Positions 1-10,159 are shown, counted from the stretch's first letter. The stretch is 64,000 nucleotides of DNA from an uncultured SAR86 cluster bacterium (GCA_902554355.1 CACDOC010000001.1:3839-67838), one strand, 5' to 3'. Numbers and translations: made by a program. Notes: generated from the sequence alone by a model not told the origin.

Positions 1-1
1 T

Positions 2-211
2 CCCTACTTGATTCCTTCTATGACAACAATGAATCTAACGATGTCTTATGACTTTGACTTTAAAGGTCAAGATGCAAGGGTTAGATTTTCTGTTAAAAAC
101 CTTGAAGATGAAAGAGCACCAACTGCAGATAGATACTATGGGTACTATGCTGATGCTCATCAAGACTACGGAAGAAATTACTACGTTGATTTCACTGTAA
201 GAATGAAATAA
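2..211 (+). CDS. 3' end of an outer-membrane beta-barrel protein, probably a TonB-dependent receptor (5' end lies outside the window)
   Basis: The frame is open to the window edge. The C-terminal sequence (NLEDERAPTADRYYGYYADAHQDYGRNYYVDFTVRMK) is Tyr/Gly-rich and alternating, like terminal TBDR barrel strands. A strong hairpin terminator follows. Confidence 0.45.
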   Translation, partial: PYLIPSMTTMNLTMSYDFDFKGQDARVRFSVKNLEDERAPTADRYYGYYADAHQDYGRNYYVDFTVRMK

Positions 212-229
212 TCTTTCTAGATTAAAAAA

Positions 230-252
230 GGGAGCGCAAGCTCCCTTTTTTA
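230..252 (+). terminator. Rho-independent terminator
   Basis: GGGAGC-GCAA-GCTCCC perfect 6-bp stem with a GNRA-type loop, followed by a T6 run and preceded by an A-tract. Confidence 0.7.
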
Positions 253-269
253 TTTAAAATCTTGCACGA

Positions 270-1715
270 ATGTCAGTATTGAGAGAAAATTTTGGATTCC
301 TATTAGGAGTAACCGCTGCAGTTGTAGTTATGTTACTCCCTACCCCAGAGGGTCTTTCACTGGAAGCTCATAAAACTGCTGCTTTGTTTTTACTAATGGG
401 TATTTGGTGGGCTACTGAAGCAGTTCCTGTTGCAGTTACGGCCTTAGTTCCGTTAGCGTTATTTCCAATGCTTGGCATAGTAGATATACAAAGTGCTGCC
501 AACCCTTACGCCAATAAGACCATCTATTTATTTTTTGGTGGCTTCTTAATAGCCACAGCCATTCAAAAATGGGATTTACATAAAAGAATAGCTTTGTTTG
601 TTCTTGAATATGCTGGTTCAAATGGAGCCTCTCTAATACTTGGTTTTATGCTAACAGCAGCAGTAATCAGTATGTGGGTTATGAATACCGCCACCACAAT
701 TATGTTATTGCCCATAGGCTTAGCAGTGATAACAGTAGTTAAAGAAACAGTAAAAGGTTTAAGCGAAAAAGAGATGGAATCTTTTCAGTTAGCTCTTTTA
801 TTAGGCATCGCTTACGGAGCTACCATTGGTGGAATGTCTACCCTGATTGGTACCGGTCCAAATGGAATGTTGGCAGCATTTATGGCAGACAACTACAACC
901 TTGATATAAGCTTTGTTGATTGGATGAAAGTTGGTGTTCCTTTAAGTGCAGTTATGCTTCCTTGCAGTTGGTTAATACTTACGAGAGTAATTTTTAAAGT
1001 TGAATTTGAAACTTCTCAAGAAACAAAAGATCTCTTAAGTAGCATGAAACAAGAATTAGGAAAATTTGATGGAGCTGAATTTAAAGTTTTTGTCGTTTTT
1101 GTTCTAACGGCCATAACCTGGATGTTACGAACCGTATTAGATGATATAAACGGTCTTGAAGGCTTATCGGACGCAGGTATAGCTATGATTTCTGCTTTAT
1201 TTCTTTTCCTCCTACCCAGTGGAAATAAAGAAAAAAAAGGCGCTTTATTAGAATGGAAAGACGCTCAGGAGAATGTCCCTTGGGGATTGCTTGTTCTATT
1301 CGGAGGTGGATTAAGTTTAGCTAATGCCGTTCAAGCAACTGGGTTAGCGGTGTGGATGGGAAACCTAATCCCTCAAGGAATAAGTATAGTTCTAATTGTA
1401 ATATTGGTTGTAACAATGATCATTTTCTTAACAGAACTGACTTCGAACATGGCCACTACAGCAACCTTCTTACCGGTAGTTGCAGCTATAGCTATACAAT
1501 CTGATTTCAATCCTCTACTAGTTACAGCGGCTGTTGCTTTGGCTGCGAGTTGTGCATTTATGTTGCCAGTAGCTACACCTCCAAATGCCATAGTATTTGG
1601 ATCAGGACTAATAAGAGTGCCTCAAATGGCTAGAGCAGGATTTCTAATTAATGTTTTAGGGATTTTGGTGGTATCTTTTGTGGCAGCAGTTTCAGTTCCT
1701 TACTTTCTTACCTAA
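270..1715 (+). CDS. DASS/SLC13-family Na+-coupled anion (di/tricarboxylate or sulfate) symporter
   Basis: 481-aa polytopic membrane protein. Each half carries an SNT-type re-entrant hairpin motif (VMNTATT and LTSNMATT). Confidence 0.75.
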   Translation: MSVLRENFGFLLGVTAAVVVMLLPTPEGLSLEAHKTAALFLLMGIWWATEAVPVAVTALVPLALFPMLGIVDIQSAANPYANKTIYLFFGGFLIATAIQKWDLHKRIALFVLEYAGSNGASLILGFMLTAAVISMWVMNTATTIMLLPIGLAVITVVKETVKGLSEKEMESFQLALLLGIAYGATIGGMSTLIGTGPNGMLAAFMADNYNLDISFVDWMKVGVPLSAVMLPCSWLILTRVIFKVEFETSQETKDLLSSMKQELGKFDGAEFKVFVVFVLTAITWMLRTVLDDINGLEGLSDAGIAMISALFLFLLPSGNKEKKGALLEWKDAQENVPWGLLVLFGGGLSLANAVQATGLAVWMGNLIPQGISIVLIVILVVTMIIFLTELTSNMATTATFLPVVAAIAIQSDFNPLLVTAAVALAASCAFMLPVATPPNAIVFGSGLIRVPQMARAGFLINVLGILVVSFVAAVSVPYFLT

Positions 1716-3415
1716 TTTCCTTTAGCTAGGGCTCCTGGTCTTCTAGTATCTGCTACTCCGTAAATATTCTTGTCTTTTATAAATATTGCTTGAACACTTC
1801 CCATTGTCATAGATCTTTTAACATTGTGGTCTTTCTCTTTTAATAATTTTATTGTGTCAGGACTAAAACCGTTCTCTAACTCTAAGTTGCCAGCCAATCT
1901 CTGATTTATTCTTGGAGCCATGACGGCTGCTGCATAACTCATGTTGTGATCTATAACATTTGAAATTACTTGGGCAATTATATTAGGTATTCTTCCTCCG
2001 CCAGGAGACCCTAAAACCATAAATAATTCACCTTGAGGATTAAAAACAAGTGTAGGTGCTTGAGTGCTAATCATTCGCTTTCCTGGCTCTAACTTATTTG
2101 CTTCACTAGTACCTAAGGTGAAGTCATCAGATTTTCCATAAAAATGAGAGAAATTTCTCATTTGATTATTCATTAGAAACCCGCCCTTCTCTATGGTAAC
2201 GCCTGACCCAAAAGAAGAACCTAAAGTGTATGTAGTAGAAACTGCATTTCCCTTAGAATCTATAACAGAGAAGTGAGTAGTGTCTGGACTTTCATCCACT
2301 TTACTCATATCCCCAGAATAAATTTGTCCGTCTTCCGTTCTTGATTTTGTTATAGACTTAGATCGCTCTTTTAAATAGTCTTTAGAAAGTAATTTCTTAA
2401 TAGGTACGTCGTAATAATCTGGGTCACCGTGATAACGGGCCCTATCAGCATAGGCTCTTTGCATGGATTCCGATAATAAATGAACTGTTTCGGCAGAATT
2501 AGGGCCTAGTGTATTTAGGTCAAAGTTCTCAAGAATACTCATTATCTGTAGAAGTACTAGCCCTCCACTTGCGACAGGAGCCATAGAAACTATCTCGTAA
2601 CCTCTATAATCAATGCTAATTGGATTTCTTTCTTTTGCTTCGTAAGCAGCTAAATCCTCTAAAGTAATCAATCCTCCATTATTCAATGAATCTTCTTCTA
2701 TCCATTTAGCTATTTCACCTTCGTAAAAGGCTTCTTTACCTTTCCTGCTAATCAAAAATAAAGTTTTGGCTAATTTAGGTTGTTTAAATAAATTAGATAC
2801 TGCGATAGGGTTATCTGTCTTATCATAAAACTTTTTTCTGGAACTGGAGTTTTCTAAAAGAGATTCCTTAGACCACTCTAAAGCATAATTTAAGTCCTTA
2901 GTCACGGGTATTCCATTCTTAGCTAATCTTATAGATGGTTTCATAATCTCACTAAGGCTTAACTTGCCATGCTCTTCATGAGCTTTTATTAAACCTGCTA
3001 CCGATCCAGGCACAGCATTGACTAAATGACCAAATCTGACTACGTTTTTACCATCTACAAACATTTCACTCTTGGCAGATTTGGGGGCTGCAGAACGGTA
3101 GTCTATAGTTTCTACCTCATTTTTTTCTTTATCGTAAATGAGCATAAAACCACCACCTCCTAAGTTACCAGCTCTGGGTAAAGTTACGGCCAAAGCAAAA
3201 CCAACAGCTACAGCAGCATCAACAGCATTTCCTCCTTTACTTAAGATTTCATAGCCAGCTTCAGTTGCATGAGTGTTCTGAGATACAACCATAAAATTCT
3301 CTGAAGACTCGGCATGAATTCGATCTTGATAATCCAGGGTGGTTTGAGCTCTAGCAAATAAAGAACTGTTTATAAATAAACAATTTACTAGAGAAATGAT
3401 TAAAAGTTTTTTCAT
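1712..3415 (-). CDS. ggt: gamma-glutamyltransferase (paralog 1)
   Basis: 567 aa with a signal-like N-terminus. Contains RAGNLGGGGFM, the autoprocessing/catalytic Thr context SPDTTHFSVIDSKGNAVS, and GSPGGGRI. Confidence 0.9.
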   Translation of the reverse strand: MKKLLIISLVNCLFINSSLFARAQTTLDYQDRIHAESSENFMVVSQNTHATEAGYEILSKGGNAVDAAVAVGFALAVTLPRAGNLGGGGFMLIYDKEKNEVETIDYRSAAPKSAKSEMFVDGKNVVRFGHLVNAVPGSVAGLIKAHEEHGKLSLSEIMKPSIRLAKNGIPVTKDLNYALEWSKESLLENSSSRKKFYDKTDNPIAVSNLFKQPKLAKTLFLISRKGKEAFYEGEIAKWIEEDSLNNGGLITLEDLAAYEAKERNPISIDYRGYEIVSMAPVASGGLVLLQIMSILENFDLNTLGPNSAETVHLLSESMQRAYADRARYHGDPDYYDVPIKKLLSKDYLKERSKSITKSRTEDGQIYSGDMSKVDESPDTTHFSVIDSKGNAVSTTYTLGSSFGSGVTIEKGGFLMNNQMRNFSHFYGKSDDFTLGTSEANKLEPGKRMISTQAPTLVFNPQGELFMVLGSPGGGRIPNIIAQVISNVIDHNMSYAAAVMAPRINQRLAGNLELENGFSPDTIKLLKEKDHNVKRSMTMGSVQAIFIKDKNIYGVADTRRPGALAKGN

Positions 3416-3422
3416 AACTGTT

Positions 3423-5144
3423 CTAAGGAGCTACAGCTCCAGAACCAGGCCTTCTCGGGTCAGCCGCTCCGTAAAAATATTCTCCATCTTTGAGAATAGC
3501 TTGCACACTACCCATTGTGCTAGAAGGATATAATCTGTAGCCTTTTTCTTGTAAAAGTTTTTCAGTATCTGGTCCAAACCCCTTTTCTATCATCAGGGTC
3601 TCTGGTAACCACTGATGATGAATTCTAGGGCTATTAACTGCTTGGGCTACATTCATGCCATGCTCCATAACGTTAAGGGCTACTTGCAATACGGTGGTAA
3701 TTATTCTACTTCCTCCAGGACTTCCTAATACTAAATAAGGTTTATCGTCTTTGAAAATAATGGTTGGGGTCATTGAACTCAAAGGTCTCTTATTGGCTTC
3801 TATCGAGTTAGCTTCAGAACCCAACAGCCCATATCCATTTGGAACACCTGGCTTTGAAGAAAAATCATCCATTTCATTATTCATTAACATTCCGGTTCCT
3901 GGAATCATAATTCCTGATCCATAGGAAAAATTTAAAGTATAAGTATTAGAAACTGCATTCCCGTACTGATCCATCACTGAGAAATGAGTCGTATCTGGAC
4001 TTTCATATGGGTATGGATCTCCTGCAAAAATATCTTTAGATGCGGTTCTGGAATTAACTGAAATACTTTTATTTAAGAAACTTGAGTATTCTTTAGACAT
4101 TAAACTGAAGGGAACATCGTAAAAGTCCATGTCTCCTAAATGCTTACTTCTATCAGCGTATGCTCTTTTCATCACTTCAGCCAGTATATGAAGACTGTCC
4201 GCGCTTCCAAAACCCATATCCTTAATAGGAAATTCTTCAATCATATTAAGCATTTGAATTAAGTGAATACCTCCTGAACTGGCAGGCGGCATAGAAACAA
4301 TCTTGAAGTTTTTGTAGGTTCCTTCTACAGGTGATCTTTCAACGGGCACATAATTTTTTAGATCATCAGCACTTATTAAGCCCCCGTTCCTTTCCATCTC
4401 TTTAACAATCTTTTTAGCTATCTCTCCTTTATAAAATGCGCCCGGTCCATTGTCGGATAATTGTTTAAGAGTCCAAGCTAAATCAGGTAGTTTTAAAATT
4501 TCTCCTGCCTGGTAATTGCTCTTATCGCTCTTGTAATAAGATTTAGCGGCTGCCTCATTAGAAGATAGTCTTTTCTTATATCTAGAAGAAGCCAATATGT
4601 TTGCTAAGTCATGGGGAACAGCAAAACCTTCTTCAGCCAACCTAATGGAAGGTTCCAAAACCTCTTGCCATGTCATGGTTCCGTATTTCGTCAAAGCATG
4701 ATGAAAGCCGGCCACAGTTCCTGGTACTCCAGCGGAAAGCAAAGAAAACTGAGCTTTCTGTTTATCGTAGTTACCTTTTTCGTCTAGAAATAGATCTCTA
4801 TGCGCTGCTGAAGGTGCTTTTTCTCTATAATCAATCGTCACGGTTTTATCTTTATCTTTAAGATAAACCACCATGAAACCTCCGCCTCCTAAATTACCAG
4901 CTCTAGGTAAAACCACTGCCAAAGCTAAGCCTGTAGCCACAGCAGCATCAACAGCGTTTCCTCCTCTCCTTAAAATTTCAGCTCCAACTTCACTTGCAGA
5001 TTGTCGTTGCGAAACAACCATTCCGGTTTTGCTTATTTCAGGGTGATTAATGGAACTATACTCAATAATAGGAAGGCTGCTATTCGAATGAATAGCAAGA
5101 GAAACAAAACCTATTATTAGAGTTGTAATTATTCTTCTAAACAT
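3423..5144 (-). CDS. ggt: gamma-glutamyltransferase (paralog 2)
   Basis: 573 aa with a signal-like N-terminus. Contains RAGNLGGGGFM, SPDTTHFSVMDQYGNAVS and GSPGGSRI. Lies 7 nt upstream of paralog 1. Confidence 0.9.
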   Translation of the reverse strand: MFRRIITTLIIGFVSLAIHSNSSLPIIEYSSINHPEISKTGMVVSQRQSASEVGAEILRRGGNAVDAAVATGLALAVVLPRAGNLGGGGFMVVYLKDKDKTVTIDYREKAPSAAHRDLFLDEKGNYDKQKAQFSLLSAGVPGTVAGFHHALTKYGTMTWQEVLEPSIRLAEEGFAVPHDLANILASSRYKKRLSSNEAAAKSYYKSDKSNYQAGEILKLPDLAWTLKQLSDNGPGAFYKGEIAKKIVKEMERNGGLISADDLKNYVPVERSPVEGTYKNFKIVSMPPASSGGIHLIQMLNMIEEFPIKDMGFGSADSLHILAEVMKRAYADRSKHLGDMDFYDVPFSLMSKEYSSFLNKSISVNSRTASKDIFAGDPYPYESPDTTHFSVMDQYGNAVSNTYTLNFSYGSGIMIPGTGMLMNNEMDDFSSKPGVPNGYGLLGSEANSIEANKRPLSSMTPTIIFKDDKPYLVLGSPGGSRIITTVLQVALNVMEHGMNVAQAVNSPRIHHQWLPETLMIEKGFGPDTEKLLQEKGYRLYPSSTMGSVQAILKDGEYFYGAADPRRPGSGAVAP

Positions 5145-5176
5145 TAAATATAAATAAAAGAGATAAAGTAAAAATT

Positions 5177-6556
5177 CTAATCATCAATTGATTGGTAAAC
5201 CAAAGCGCTAAAGGTTTCTCTTAATGGCCAAGTATTAGCCAGCACTTGAGTCATAGCAACAGCCACTAACTCTTCTTTCGGGTCTATCCAGAAAATAGTC
5301 GATGCCGCTCCTCCCCAAAAATACATTCCATTAGAGCCATATTGACCAGTAAGGCCAGTATCAGTAATTACTCCAACAGTAATACCAAAACCTATCCCTT
5401 CCGTTACATAATCGTCATCAGACCCAGTTCTATTTAACACTTCCTTTCTTAAATGATTTGAAGATAGTAATTCAACAGATTTTCGGCTTAGTATTCTTTC
5501 ATCACCTAACTTTCCTCCATTCAAAAGCATTTGAGCAAATTTTAGGTAATCCTCTGTCGTAGAGACCAGACCGGAGCCTCCATCAAAAACTGTAGCTTTA
5601 GCTAAATAAGGGCTATACGATCTATCGTCTATCTTTACCATCAAGAGATCTTCGGGTATTTGACTTTCCATTCCAGGTATAAGCCTTCTTAAATCTCCTG
5701 GATAAGCATATAAACTAGTGAATCTATCCTTTTTTGATTCAGAGACATAAAAAGAAGTATCTTTCATACCTATAGGTTTAAATATTCTATCTTCCAAGAA
5801 AACATCAAACGTCTTACCTGATGCTCTTTCTATTACGCAACCAAGCACGTCCATACCCATTGAATAAGTATATTGCTCTCCTGGTTGATGCATTAAGGGT
5901 GCTTTCGTTGCTAGCCCTTCACTAAAAGCACAAATATTTGGAAAAGATTTTTCAGATTTAATTACTACCGAATTACCTACTTTCGATGTATCCAAATTAT
6001 CAATGAAAAAATAAGGAGATAATTTCTCTTCTTCATAGATTTCTTGTAAGGCATCGTTCGCAGTAAAACTATAAGCTATTCCTGAGGTGTGTGTGGCCAA
6101 ATCTCTTACGGTTATCTCCCTTTTAAGTTTCTCAGTAGTAAAACTTCCGTCTTCATTCATCACCATTACTTCTGTATTAGCAAACTCAGGGATATACCAA
6201 GAAACGGGGTCATTTAAACGGACCTTGCCTTCTTCAATCAAAATCATTAATGCCACCCCTGTAATGGGTTTGCTCATCGAGTAAATTCTAAACAACGAAT
6301 CTTTTTGTAAAGGTATTTGCTTCTCCACATCAGAAAAGCCTTGGGTTTCAAAATGCACCACTCTTCCTTTTCTTGCAACTGCAGTAATAAAACCTGGGAA
6401 CCTCCCTTCTTTTATTTGCTCAGCAAGAGTAGGTGCTATTTTTTGTAACCTTTCATGCGACATTCCAGCTTGACTGGCTTCGTACGAGCTAGAAAAGATA
6501 GAAAGGCTAAAAACTAAACTAGAAATTACAATTAACTTCTTCCTTAAAGAAATCAT
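5177..6556 (-). CDS. secreted serine hydrolase of the beta-lactamase/transpeptidase-like family (class C / esterase / D-aminopeptidase type)
   Basis: 459 aa with a hydrophobic N-terminal signal and an SxxK nucleophile motif in FRIYSMSKPITG. Confidence 0.75.
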   Translation of the reverse strand: MISLRKKLIVISSLVFSLSIFSSSYEASQAGMSHERLQKIAPTLAEQIKEGRFPGFITAVARKGRVVHFETQGFSDVEKQIPLQKDSLFRIYSMSKPITGVALMILIEEGKVRLNDPVSWYIPEFANTEVMVMNEDGSFTTEKLKREITVRDLATHTSGIAYSFTANDALQEIYEEEKLSPYFFIDNLDTSKVGNSVVIKSEKSFPNICAFSEGLATKAPLMHQPGEQYTYSMGMDVLGCVIERASGKTFDVFLEDRIFKPIGMKDTSFYVSESKKDRFTSLYAYPGDLRRLIPGMESQIPEDLLMVKIDDRSYSPYLAKATVFDGGSGLVSTTEDYLKFAQMLLNGGKLGDERILSRKSVELLSSNHLRKEVLNRTGSDDDYVTEGIGFGITVGVITDTGLTGQYGSNGMYFWGGAASTIFWIDPKEELVAVAMTQVLANTWPLRETFSALVYQSIDD

Positions 6557-6628
6557 ACATCCCCCTATTGACTAAAATACAATCATAATCATACTGATTT
6601 ATTAAATTAACTCTAATAAATTTTATAT

Positions 6629-7420
6629 ATGGATTTATCAATAAAAGGAAAAAACGCCATCGTTTGTGCTTCCAGTCAAGGCTTAGGTAAGTCGGCTGCG
6701 GTAGATTTAGCTAAAGAAGGAGTTAACCTCGCTATATGCTCTAGAAATAAAGATAAAATCAACTCGGTTAAAGAAGAAATCGAACAAACTTCTGAAGTTA
6801 AGGTGGTCGCGATAGAAGCAGATCTGAGTTCTGAGAAAGATATAAGTGCTTTATTTCAAGAAGCCAAGAAAGAATTAAAGACAATTGATATATTAATTAA
6901 CAATAATGGCGGTCCACCTCCAAGTACTTTTGAAGAACTTACCGATGAAGATTGGCAAAAAACTTTTAACTCCACAATGATGTCTGCTATAAGGCTTTCT
7001 AAACTTGTTTTGCCTGACATGAAGAAGAATAAATGGGGAAGAATCATAAACATTTCTTCAGTCTCAGTGAAAACACCTGTAAATGGGTTGTTTCTCTCTA
7101 ACAGCATAAGAATGGGCGTCCTAGGTTGGGCCAAAGCTTTATCCGATGAGGTTGCCCCTCACGGTATAACGGTCAACAGCGTTTGTCCTGGGACTACTAA
7201 AACAGAAAGGATAGAGCAAATATTAAATGCGCGATCTGAATCATCTGGAAAAGATAAGTCGGAAATTGAAGAAGCAATGGCTAATAGCATTCCCATGCTA
7301 AGAATAGGTGAAGCGTCTGATCTCTCAGCATTAATTACATTTCTCGCTTCTGAAAAGGCAAGTTATATGACTGGACTCGCAGTCCAAGTTGATGGAGGGA
7401 GTGCTAGAACCTTTTACTAG
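6629..7420 (+). CDS. SDR-family oxidoreductase, atypical (FabG-like fold, non-canonical active site)
   Basis: 263 aa. Rossmann N-terminus CASSQGLGKS, NNNGG, INISS and a PG motif. The canonical YxxxK position reads SNSIR. Confidence 0.75.
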   Translation: MDLSIKGKNAIVCASSQGLGKSAAVDLAKEGVNLAICSRNKDKINSVKEEIEQTSEVKVVAIEADLSSEKDISALFQEAKKELKTIDILINNNGGPPPSTFEELTDEDWQKTFNSTMMSAIRLSKLVLPDMKKNKWGRIINISSVSVKTPVNGLFLSNSIRMGVLGWAKALSDEVAPHGITVNSVCPGTTKTERIEQILNARSESSGKDKSEIEEAMANSIPMLRIGEASDLSALITFLASEKASYMTGLAVQVDGGSARTFY

Positions 7421-7743
7421 TCCTTAAAATGTTTGTTTAACTTCTTAAACTTTTTTGGTGATCTTCTTATAACCGCGTAAGCAATCGCAGAAATAAAAAG
7501 AGAAAGTATTATTGGGGTTAGAAAATACCCTATGTAAAAGTAAACAGACATGCCTTCAGCTAATTCAGCACCGTAGCTTTGCATTACTAATAAAATTGCA
7601 GATAAAACAACAAAGAAAATTAGAATCTTCTTTTTTCTAGCTTGATGTCTTGAAGCTTCTTCTATTAGTTCTTCGAGTAGGAATTGCTGTTCTTCTTCAT
7701 CCGAAGATACATTTATTTTGCCACTAGTGTAAGACCACTTCAT
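7417..7743 (-). CDS. hypothetical small membrane protein
   Basis: 108 aa with an acidic N-terminus, two hydrophobic helices and a basic tail. No recognisable family. Confidence 0.4.
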   Translation of the reverse strand: MKWSYTSGKINVSSDEEEQQFLLEELIEEASRHQARKKKILIFFVVLSAILLVMQSYGAELAEGMSVYFYIGYFLTPIILSLFISAIAYAVIRRSPKKFKKLNKHFKD

Positions 7744-7852
7744 ATCTGTATTAGATTACATTATACCCTACAAAAAGAGCACATTTCCTAAAACTATAGA
7801 CCACGAAAATAAGGAGTGAACCACTAAAACCCTTTAGCTATAGGGCTTGTAG

Positions 7853-7930
7853 TGGCGGACCGGACGAGACTCGAACTCGCGGCCTCCGCCGTGACAGGGC
7901 GGCGTTCTAACCAAACTGAACTACCGGTCC
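7853..7930 (-). tRNA. tRNA-Asp (anticodon GTC)
   Basis: The reverse complement GGACCGGTAGTTCAGTTTGGTTAGAACGCCGCCCTGTCACGGCGGAGGCCGCGAGTTCGAGTCTCGTCCGGTCCGCCA folds as a cloverleaf and closely resembles E. coli tRNA-Asp. The CCA end is encoded. Confidence 0.9.
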
Positions 7931-7992
7931 GAAAAACAGCATTCTAACAGTTCTTTACTATTTCAAAAGAGACTTTTAAACAATATTGTTAA

Positions 7993-8688
7993 TTAATAAA
8001 TATCAATTGTTGAGTATGGTTTCTCTGCAACTTGATTGTCCTTCATTTCAACGAGAAAAGAATTCTTGTTTTTTGAAAAAACAACTGTTTTAAATTCTTT
8101 TTCATCTTCGATATGTAATGCGCACCCTCCATCAATGGCGTAACAAGACTTTAATACTTTTTCGGTTATAAATTTATTTAATGAAGGTTTTCTTTGAGGC
8201 TCTTCATCGTAATGTGGGCAACAAGCCCCTTCTATAAAACCCAAACAATCCATCACTTTAAGGTCTTCAGCCCATGAATCAGTAATGCCTTGATCAAACC
8301 AGCAAATTGCACCGGCACTCACTCCACTCATGATTACTCCTTTCTCATAAGCCTCTTTAAGAAGTAAATCTAAGCCCCAATCTTTCCATACAGCAAGCAT
8401 ACTTTTGGTGTTGCCCCCGCCTACAAAAATAACATCTTGCTTTAAGATTAATTCTTTAAGGTCAGGAGTTCTCTTAAAAAAGTCTAAATGCGAGGGAGAG
8501 CAGTCTAATTTAGAAAAAGTAGAATAGTAGTTAACTTTGTAAGCTTCATTATCTCCAGTAGCCGTTGGTATAAAACATATATTAGGAATGTCTTTTTCGC
8601 TTTGATCTAATATATATTTTTCAATGAGACCTTCTCCAGGGGTTCTTCCAAAGCCTCCTCCTCCAATTGCAATAATTTGTTTCTTCAT
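7993..8688 (-). CDS. peptidase S51 family (dipeptidase E-like)
   Basis: 231 aa. Contains IAIGGGGF, FVGGGNT and the nucleophile elbow SGVSAGAICW. Confidence 0.7.
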   Translation of the reverse strand: MKKQIIAIGGGGFGRTPGEGLIEKYILDQSEKDIPNICFIPTATGDNEAYKVNYYSTFSKLDCSPSHLDFFKRTPDLKELILKQDVIFVGGGNTKSMLAVWKDWGLDLLLKEAYEKGVIMSGVSAGAICWFDQGITDSWAEDLKVMDCLGFIEGACCPHYDEEPQRKPSLNKFITEKVLKSCYAIDGGCALHIEDEKEFKTVVFSKNKNSFLVEMKDNQVAEKPYSTIDIY

Positions 8689-8726
8689 TTAGTGATAAAC
8701 TTTAAATTATTTTATGGGGGGATGGA

Positions 8727-10154
8727 ATGAATAAAATTTTTTACTATTCTAGCTTTATTCTTGCTTTTGCTTTTCTAAGCTTAAATGCCTTGGCGAAAGA
8801 AGATGTAGACAAAATAATTGATAAGCATCAAAGTAAATTTGAAAAAACAGCTTTAGATATTTGGGATTTCGCTGAACTAGGGTATCAAGAATATAAAAGT
8901 TCCAACTTGTTGAAGGAACAGCTTGAGTCAGAAGGCTTTTCAATTAAAAGTAATATTGCTGACATTCCAACGGCATTTATTGCTGAATACGGAAAAGGCG
9001 CACCGGTTATTGCAATCCTGGGAGAATTCGATGCCTTACCAGGAATAGCTCAGAGTGCTTCGCCTTTTAAAGAATCATATAAAGACAATACTGCTGGTCA
9101 TGCTTGTGGGCATCACATGTTTGGAGCTGGTTCTGCTTGGGCATCTGTTGCCATAAAAGAGTGGCTGGAAGTAAATAATCAATCAGGAACTATAAGATTT
9201 TATGGCACCCCTGCTGAAGAAGGGGGTTCTGGAAAAGTGTACATGGCAAGAGAAGGATCATTTGATGATGTTGATGTTGTTCTTCATTGGCACCCTGGTA
9301 GCGTAAATCATGCCTCGCCGAGAACTTCTAATGCCAATAAATCCGCTAAATTCAGATTTAAAGGAATATCTGCTCATGCCGCTGGAGCACCTGATAAAGG
9401 CAGATCAGCCCTAGATGGGGTTGAATCCATGAACATGATGGTTAATTTAATGAGAGAACATATTCCTCAAGAATCACGAATTCATTACGTAATTACAAAA
9501 GGCGGATTGGCTCCTAATGTTATACCTGATGAAGCAGAAGTTTATTACTACGTTAGACATCCAAAAGAAAAGTTTGTTGAAGAGCTATTTAATCGAGTTA
9601 TCAAAGCTGCTGAAGGGGCTGCACTGGGTACAGATACACAAATGTCCTATGAAGTGATGCATGGAAATTATTCATTAATGCCTAACGATGCTTTGCAAAA
9701 GATTATGCATAAAGAGCTATCTGAATTAGGAGGCATTTCTTACACGAAAGAAGAAAATGAATACGCCAAACAGTTACACGGCACTTTATTAGATCCTAAA
9801 TCCAAGGTGGGAGATCAAGAAAATATATCACCTTATAGACCAAGACACGGTTATGGTTCGACAGATGTCGGAGACGTAAGTTGGCTCGTACCGACTGCAG
9901 GAGCGAGAATTGCTACTTGGGTACCTGGAACACCAGCTCATTCTTGGCAGGCAGTTGCTGCCGGAGGAACAACAATTGGTTTAAAGGGAACTAAATTAGC
10001 TTCTCAAGTTTTAGCGCGTACGGCTATAGCGATTTATCTAGACCCATCAATTGCTGAAGATGCAAAAGATGAACTAAAAGATAGAGTTGGTAAGAATTTC
10101 AATTATTTTCCTCTATTGGGAAATAGAAAGCCGCCTTTAGATTATAGAAATTAG
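8727..10154 (+). CDS. M20-family amidohydrolase, AbgB-like, exported
   Basis: 475 aa with a signal peptide. Has the metal-ligand block GHACGHHMFG and M20 dimerisation-domain architecture. Confidence 0.8.
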   Translation: MNKIFYYSSFILAFAFLSLNALAKEDVDKIIDKHQSKFEKTALDIWDFAELGYQEYKSSNLLKEQLESEGFSIKSNIADIPTAFIAEYGKGAPVIAILGEFDALPGIAQSASPFKESYKDNTAGHACGHHMFGAGSAWASVAIKEWLEVNNQSGTIRFYGTPAEEGGSGKVYMAREGSFDDVDVVLHWHPGSVNHASPRTSNANKSAKFRFKGISAHAAGAPDKGRSALDGVESMNMMVNLMREHIPQESRIHYVITKGGLAPNVIPDEAEVYYYVRHPKEKFVEELFNRVIKAAEGAALGTDTQMSYEVMHGNYSLMPNDALQKIMHKELSELGGISYTKEENEYAKQLHGTLLDPKSKVGDQENISPYRPRHGYGSTDVGDVSWLVPTAGARIATWVPGTPAHSWQAVAAGGTTIGLKGTKLASQVLARTAIAIYLDPSIAEDAKDELKDRVGKNFNYFPLLGNRKPPLDYRN

Positions 10155-10159
10155 ACTTC

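Noticed and set aside
7931-7992. Promoter for tRNA-Asp (TAGAAT -10-like hexamer 10 nt upstream of the tRNA)
   Set aside because: No acceptable -35 element occurs at 16-18 nt spacing (the best is 3/6). It is too weak to report as a feature.
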